NCBI GenBank assembly: GCA_945865525.1
Contig: CAMBDY010000006.1
Location: 3,026-67,025 of the forward strand
DNA: 64,000 nt
Direction of reading: 5' to 3'
Origin: Nitrospira lenta
Lineage (GTDB): Bacteria; Nitrospirota; Nitrospiria; Nitrospirales; Nitrospiraceae
The notes beneath the pieces are model-generated. The model saw nothing but the letters and a program-made list of their open reading frames with translations. It searched no databases and was not told where the DNA came from. Below are positions 59,177 to 64,000 of this stretch, piece after piece (within the stretch, counting starts at the first letter, position 1; the number at the start of each line of letters is the position of its first letter). A program made the translations under genes and the position numbers.

Positions 59177-60111
59177 CTTGCACCAAATGTAAAACCAAAG
59201 CAGTCATCGGTCTCCCCCGCCACAATGCGGCCTTCTGCAAAGGTTGTTTCAACGGCTTCATCCACGATCAGGTGGCGCGGGCGATCAAGTCTGAATGGAT
59301 GTTCGGAAAAGAAGCAAAGATTCTCGTGGCGGTGTCCGGAGGGAAAGATAGCCTGGCACTCTGGGACATTCTACTTAAACTCGGCTACAAGGCCGACGCG
59401 CTCTATGTGAATCTCGGCATTGGGACCTACTCCGAAGAATCGCATGCCAAGGTCACACAGTTTGCTGAAACAGTCGCAGCCCCTCATGGCGCCACGCTGC
59501 ACATCCATACGGTCGAACAGGAGGCCGGCGCTGGAATCAAGGAACTGGCCCAACTCATCCATCGCCCAACCTGCTCGACGTGCGGGACCATTAAGCGCTA
59601 CCAATTCAATCGCGTCGCAATCGAGCAGCAGTATGACGTCATGGCCACAGGCCACAACCTTGACGACGAAGCGGCCAGACTCCTAGGCAACGTGCTCCAT
59701 TGGCAAGAAGAATATCTCGAGAAACAGGGGCCCTCGTTACCGGCCTCGGTGGCCGGATTCTCCAAGAAAGTGAAGCCTCTCTTCCGGCTCGCGGAGCGGG
59801 AACTCGCAGCCTACGCGGTCTTAAACCGGATTGATTACATCGTCGAGGAATGCCCCATGGCCAAGGGGTCCAAGATGATCCAGTACAAGGAAGTCTTAAA
59901 CCGCCTGGAGACCGAGTCGCCCGGTACCAAACAGACGTTCTATTGGGGGTTCCTCGAAAAGCAAAGCAGGAAACAACCGACGGCAACGACCATGTCGGAG
60001 AAAGACCGTGCCGTCCTCCACCCCTGCACCTCATGCAGCCAACCTACCACTGCCGAGGTCTGCTCCTACTGCAAGATGATGGCACGGGCCAAGACCGTCG
60101 CCCCGCACTAG
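59173..60111 (+). CDS. ttuA: PP-loop tRNA 2-thiolation ATPase, TtuA/Ncs6 family
   Basis: N- and C-terminal CxxC...CxxC zinc fingers, SGGKDS PP-loop, CSTCG Fe-S cysteines. Confidence 0.85.
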   Translation: MTCTKCKTKAVIGLPRHNAAFCKGCFNGFIHDQVARAIKSEWMFGKEAKILVAVSGGKDSLALWDILLKLGYKADALYVNLGIGTYSEESHAKVTQFAETVAAPHGATLHIHTVEQEAGAGIKELAQLIHRPTCSTCGTIKRYQFNRVAIEQQYDVMATGHNLDDEAARLLGNVLHWQEEYLEKQGPSLPASVAGFSKKVKPLFRLAERELAAYAVLNRIDYIVEECPMAKGSKMIQYKEVLNRLETESPGTKQTFYWGFLEKQSRKQPTATTMSEKDRAVLHPCTSCSQPTTAEVCSYCKMMARAKTVAPH

Positions 60112-60232
60112 CCAGATACCGAAAAAGGCTGTCCGCGTCATGCGCACCGCCCACACTTGCAAAGACCTAATCGACTCCGTAAGCTGCGTCAGCAACTATT
60201 GATTCTTTCTTGCGCGATATTATTTTCCACTT

Positions 60233-61264
60233 ATGGGAACTATGCCCCGCGACTACTATCAGGTTCTCGGCCTCGACAGGTCTGCCTCGGCGGAGGACAT
60301 TAAGAAAACCTATCGCCGCCTCGCCCGCCAAGTTCATCCTGATCTCCATAGCGGTGCCAAGAAGTCGGAAATGGAAAAGAAGTTTAAGGAATTGAACGAA
60401 GCGCACGAAGTCCTGAGCGATTCAGCCAAACGCAAAAAATACGATCAGCATGGAGCCAACTGGGAGCAGGCTGCGGCCTACGAGCAAGCGCGCCGACAGG
60501 CCGCGGCCCGCGGCGAGAGCGGTCCGGAGTTTTCATCCGACGGAGAAGGCTTTTCCGACATCTTCGAAAATCTGTTCAAAGGACGAGGACGAAGCGGCAA
60601 TAGTCGAGGATTTGCCATTCAGGGCGAGGACCTTGAAACCGAAGTGCACCTGACTCTGGCCGAGGTCTTCACTGGCATCACCAAGCGCCTGATCTTGCAA
60701 GAGCCCGTGCCCTGTTCCACCTGCCACGGGAGCGGAGCCCTACGAGGGCGAACCTGCCCAACCTGCCAAGGACACGGGGCGACATTACGGCCCAATACAA
60801 TCGAAGTCCGAATCCCCGCTGGGGTTCAAGATGGCACGCGAGTGCGTGTAGCCGGTAAAGGCCAAGCTGGGGCTAATGGCGGCAAACCCGGCGACCTCTA
60901 TCTGCGCGTGATGATTACCCACGATAAAGTCTTTCGCCGACAGGGTAGCGACATTCACGTCTCCCTCCCCGTTTTTCCCTGGGAGGCGTCCCTGGGGGCC
61001 GATGTGATGGCCCCTACATTAATAGAACCCGTTCGCGTGAAAGTTCCCCCTGGGAGCAAGGCCGACGGCAAGCTTCGGCTGAAGGGCAAAGGCCTCCCTG
61101 CTGCAACAGGCGGCCACGGTGATCTCTTTCTGACGATTCAGATCGTCATGCCTTCCTCCCTGACCGATGAGGAACGCACACTCTACGATCAACTCCGGGC
61201 CATCGAGCATCCGGATCCACGCGCCGAGCTGCTGGCCCAGGCCAAACACCGATCACAGCCATGA
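60233..61264 (+). CDS. J-domain co-chaperone (DnaJ/CbpA-like) with only two CxxCxGxG repeats
   Basis: DYYQVLGL...HPD J-domain, G/F-like linker, CSTCHGSG and CPTCQGHG, DnaJ C-terminal beta domains. Confidence 0.85.
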   Translation: MGTMPRDYYQVLGLDRSASAEDIKKTYRRLARQVHPDLHSGAKKSEMEKKFKELNEAHEVLSDSAKRKKYDQHGANWEQAAAYEQARRQAAARGESGPEFSSDGEGFSDIFENLFKGRGRSGNSRGFAIQGEDLETEVHLTLAEVFTGITKRLILQEPVPCSTCHGSGALRGRTCPTCQGHGATLRPNTIEVRIPAGVQDGTRVRVAGKGQAGANGGKPGDLYLRVMITHDKVFRRQGSDIHVSLPVFPWEASLGADVMAPTLIEPVRVKVPPGSKADGKLRLKGKGLPAATGGHGDLFLTIQIVMPSSLTDEERTLYDQLRAIEHPDPRAELLAQAKHRSQP

Positions 61265-61896
61265 CACTTACGGAATACACCATCCTGGCATTCAGCTCCC
61301 TCTTTGTCGTCGTCGACCCGATCGCCACAGTGCCGGCGTTTCTGGCCATGACGGCTCGCGACTCGATCAGCCAACGGCTACGAATGGCTCGCACCGCCTG
61401 CCTAGTCGCAGCAGGAGTTTTGACGGCCTTTACCCTCACCGGCCAATGGCTTTTTACCCTCTTAGGCATCACGCTTCCTGCCCTCCAGGTTGCCGGTGCG
61501 CTTGTCCTTCTCTTGGTCGCCCTTGATATGTTACAGGCGCAACGGTCTCCGGTCTATGAAACTGCGGCAGAAACTGCCGAGGGCACAACCAAAGACGACA
61601 TCGCCATCACACCCCTGGCCATCCCGATGTTGGCAGGGCCCGCCGCCATTTCCACCGTCATTTTATTGGAAGCGCAGGCCATCTCTTGGGCACAGCGAGG
61701 CATGTTGCTGGCTTGCGTTGCGTTGGTCGGTCTGGCAAGCTATGTCACATTGGCGCTCGGGGCCACCGGGGCTAAGTGGATCAGCCCCATTGCGGAAAAA
61801 ATCATCACCCGGCTGATGGGGCTCTTACTGGCCGCGCTCGCCGTGCAATTCTTGTTCAATGGGCTAAAGGGCGAGTATGGATTACTGAGACCATGA
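61261..61896 (+). CDS. MarC-family (UPF0056) integral membrane protein
   Basis: FVVVDPIATVPAFLAM motif, six TM spans. ATGA overlap with the dnaJ-like stop. Confidence 0.85.
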   Translation: MTLTEYTILAFSSLFVVVDPIATVPAFLAMTARDSISQRLRMARTACLVAAGVLTAFTLTGQWLFTLLGITLPALQVAGALVLLLVALDMLQAQRSPVYETAAETAEGTTKDDIAITPLAIPMLAGPAAISTVILLEAQAISWAQRGMLLACVALVGLASYVTLALGATGAKWISPIAEKIITRLMGLLLAALAVQFLFNGLKGEYGLLRP

Positions 61897-61947
61897 GCAT
61901 TGTAAATTGCACGCGTTTTCATCTTAGTTCAACCTAGGGAGGTCGTC

Positions 61948-62520
61948 ATGAAGCAGGGAACACACACCATCGTAACGCTGGGTGTCGCAGCCGTATTTGC
62001 GCTGGGCCTTGGAGTTTCGGGGGCTTGGGCCAACGAGTCTGGCTACGGTAAGGACGGACATGGAGCGCGCGGGCATGGTTCGATGAGTGGACATGGCGCT
62101 GGCATGATGCACAACAGCACCAGCCACCTGATCCGGCATCTGCTGAAGCACGAAAAAGACATCGGGCTCACAACGGAGCAAGTGGCGCAACTCAAAGAGA
62201 TGCAGCTCAACATGGACAAACTCCGTATCAAGATCGAAGCGGATATCCAGGTTGCAGAGCGCGAATTCAAAGCCTTAAACGAGGATGAAAAGTCCGACCT
62301 GGGCGCAATCGAAACCAAGTTGAAACAAAGCGGGGATCTCCAAGCCAGCTTACGCCTGACCTCCGTCAAGACCCGCCGCGAGGTCCTGGCCCTCTTAACT
62401 CCAGAACAGCGCGCCAAGGAAGAAGCCGAACACGAGAAGATGATGCAGCAACACAAGGAGACCGAGAAGGGTTACGGCAACCCCCATAGCGGGGGCATGA
62501 AGAGCAACCCGCACAAGTAG
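61948..62520 (+). CDS. Periplasmic LTXXQ-motif protein (Spy/CpxP/ZraP family) with His/Gly-rich N-terminal segment
   Basis: Signal peptide, GHGARGHGSMSGHGAGMMH, LTTEQ and LTPEQ motifs. AGGGAGG RBS. Confidence 0.7.
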   Translation: MKQGTHTIVTLGVAAVFALGLGVSGAWANESGYGKDGHGARGHGSMSGHGAGMMHNSTSHLIRHLLKHEKDIGLTTEQVAQLKEMQLNMDKLRIKIEADIQVAEREFKALNEDEKSDLGAIETKLKQSGDLQASLRLTSVKTRREVLALLTPEQRAKEEAEHEKMMQQHKETEKGYGNPHSGGMKSNPHK

Positions 62521-62734
62521 CGTAACGAACCTGCAGGAGCGCAGACCGCGAAGAACGAACATGGATAGCGCATATCGGCTATCCAAAAAAATCCGAGCCG
62601 ATGGCAGCGCCGGAGGCGTCACCTCTGGGCTGCCCTGCAGCTGCGTTCGAGGCAAGAACGAAGCTGATGAAATTTCTCAACAGACGCCAAGCGAAATAGA
62701 CAACCCAGCTAACCATCCAGCCAGGAGATTCACC

Positions 62735-63073
62735 ATGAAAGGCATCGTAACCATCACAGCGGGAATCGTCGTATTCCTCCTTGCACTGGGTTCCAGCGCC
62801 TGGGCCGACGATAAAGAAGGCAAGATCACGGACCTCGTTAAAGACGCCAAGGTCACCATCGATCAGGCCATCAAGACTGCGTCTGAGAAAGTGCCTGGAA
62901 CGGTCGTCGAAGCAGAGCTGGAAAAGAAACATGGCAAGGCAGTCTGGGAAGTCGAGGTCCTCGGCGCGGACGGAAACGTTACGGAAGTCCACATCGACGC
63001 AGCCACCGGTTCCATAATCGATATGGAAGCGAAGAAAGACGAAAAGAAAAAAGAAGGCAAAAAAGCAAAGTAG
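62735..63073 (+). CDS. PepSY domain-containing secreted protein
   Basis: Signal peptide, then ITIDQAIKTASEKVPGTVVEAELEKKHGKAVWEVEVLGADGNVTEVHIDAATGSI. AGGAGA RBS before ATG 62735. Confidence 0.75.
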   Translation: MKGIVTITAGIVVFLLALGSSAWADDKEGKITDLVKDAKVTIDQAIKTASEKVPGTVVEAELEKKHGKAVWEVEVLGADGNVTEVHIDAATGSIIDMEAKKDEKKKEGKKAK

Positions 63074-63250
63074 TTCGTAGCCTCAGATTGTTTCACGCAT
63101 ACGTCACTACCTCCCCAGGCTGCTCCAAATGCCATCTAGCAAGGCCGCAAGGAGAAAGAGCCCCGAGGCGTATCCGCCAGGGTACGTTGAGGAGTTCAAA
63201 CGACTGAGAATGAAGCTGGGGATATTGTGATCAGCCTGTAAAGGGAAGCT

Positions 63251-64000
63251 ATGTCGAAAGAGTTGAAACTTATAAGCCGAGAATTGCTGGCCGGTCCAAA
63301 TCGGGCACCGGCCCGCGCGATGTTGAAAGCCGTGGGATTCACCGATGAGGATCTGTCTCGTCCCATCATCGGCGTCGCCAATACCTGGATCGAGGTCATG
63401 CCCTGCAACTTCCACCTGCGCCGCTTGTCGGAACGGGTGAAAGCCGGCATCAGAGCCGCAGGCGGCACGCCCATCGAATACAACACCATCGCGGTGTCGG
63501 ACGGCATTTCGATGGGGACTGAAGGAATGAAGGCCTCACTGATCAGCCGAGAAGTGATTGCCGATTCCATCGAACTCGTGGCTCGCGGGCACCTATTCGA
63601 CGGAGTCGTGGCCCTCTCAGGCTGCGACAAGACCATTCCGGGCACCGTGATGGCTCTCGCACGATTGAACCTACCGTCGGTCATGCTCTACGGCGGATCG
63701 ATCATGCCTGGCCATTTCCAGGGGCACGACGTGACCATTCAAGACGTGTTCGAAGCGGTCGGGAAACATGCGGCTGGCACCATGAGCGATGCCGACCTCA
63801 AGAATCTCGAAGACCATGCCTGCCCCGGCCCCGGCGCCTGCGGCGGTCAATTCACGGCCAACACGATGGCCATCGCCTTCGAATTTCTCGGTATCTCGAT
63901 GATGGGACGGAACGGCGTCCCGGCAATGGATCAGAAAAAAGACGACGTGGCCTTCGAATGCGGCGTAATGGTCATGGATCTGCTCAAACGAGACCTGCGC
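63251..64000 (+). CDS. ilvD: Dihydroxy-acid dehydratase, N-terminal 250 codons (continues beyond the right edge)
   Basis: Own translation: MSKELKLISRELLAGPNRAPARAMLKAVGF..., SGCDKTIPG, CPGPGACGGQFTANTM. In-frame TAA upstream, AAGGGAAG RBS. Absent from the ORF track because it is edge-truncated. Confidence 0.95.
   Translation, partial: MSKELKLISRELLAGPNRAPARAMLKAVGFTDEDLSRPIIGVANTWIEVMPCNFHLRRLSERVKAGIRAAGGTPIEYNTIAVSDGISMGTEGMKASLISREVIADSIELVARGHLFDGVVALSGCDKTIPGTVMALARLNLPSVMLYGGSIMPGHFQGHDVTIQDVFEAVGKHAAGTMSDADLKNLEDHACPGPGACGGQFTANTMAIAFEFLGISMMGRNGVPAMDQKKDDVAFECGVMVMDLLKRDLR

Noticed and set aside
63129-63230. A 33-codon upstream ORF just before ilvD, considered as a possible branched-chain amino acid attenuation leader.
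   Set aside because: The peptide MPSSKAARRKSPEAYPPGYVEEFKRLRMKLGIL is not enriched in consecutive Ile/Val/Leu codons, and no terminator/antiterminator pair is evident.

Overview
This is a gene-dense, GC-rich chromosomal segment with about 55 protein genes and 2 tRNAs. I saw no rRNA, CRISPR array, IS/transposase or prophage genes. The host is a diderm bacterium, since a complete Tol-Pal cluster is present. A Nitrospirota/Nitrospira-like origin is only a guess, based on the RRM RNA-binding protein, many c-type cytochromes, Moco genes and periplasmic copper proteins.

Most of the content is housekeeping:
- tolQ-tolR-tolA-tolB-pal plus two CpoB/YbgF-like genes
- mutL-miaA-mtnP-pfkB
- gltBD, trpS, ispB, xerD, tRNA-Val/tRNA-Asp, amgK-murU
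- a long same-strand block: htrA-tatC-mrp-moeA-mobB-hexahaem cytochrome-ABC exporter

Two technical points about the supplied ORF track:
1. It omits ORFs that run off the window edges. By my own translation there is a 1337-codon multicopper oxidase ORF at 1..4011 (-) and ilvD at 63251..64000 (+).
2. It renders GTG/TTG starts as M and always takes the longest ORF, so many N-termini are over-extended. I trimmed starts where an RBS, a 4-nt ATGA/GTGA stop-start overlap, or a family-typical N-terminus supports it. Such overlaps are frequent here and define operons.

I found no clear-cut new multi-gene system. The most unusual items are:
- the giant multi-module multicopper oxidase
- an orphan HExxH-domain protein and a P4H-like 2OG oxygenase flanking an RqcH/NFACT gene
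- the Tat/FeS/Moco/hexahaem/ABC block
- a GT2 + GT-C-like + carbamoyltransferase trio
- a caspase-fold lipoprotein lacking both catalytic residues
- a ThiS-like sulfur carrier with 15 residues after its Gly-Gly, coupled to ttuA

All functional calls rest on motif recognition by eye. No database search was run.
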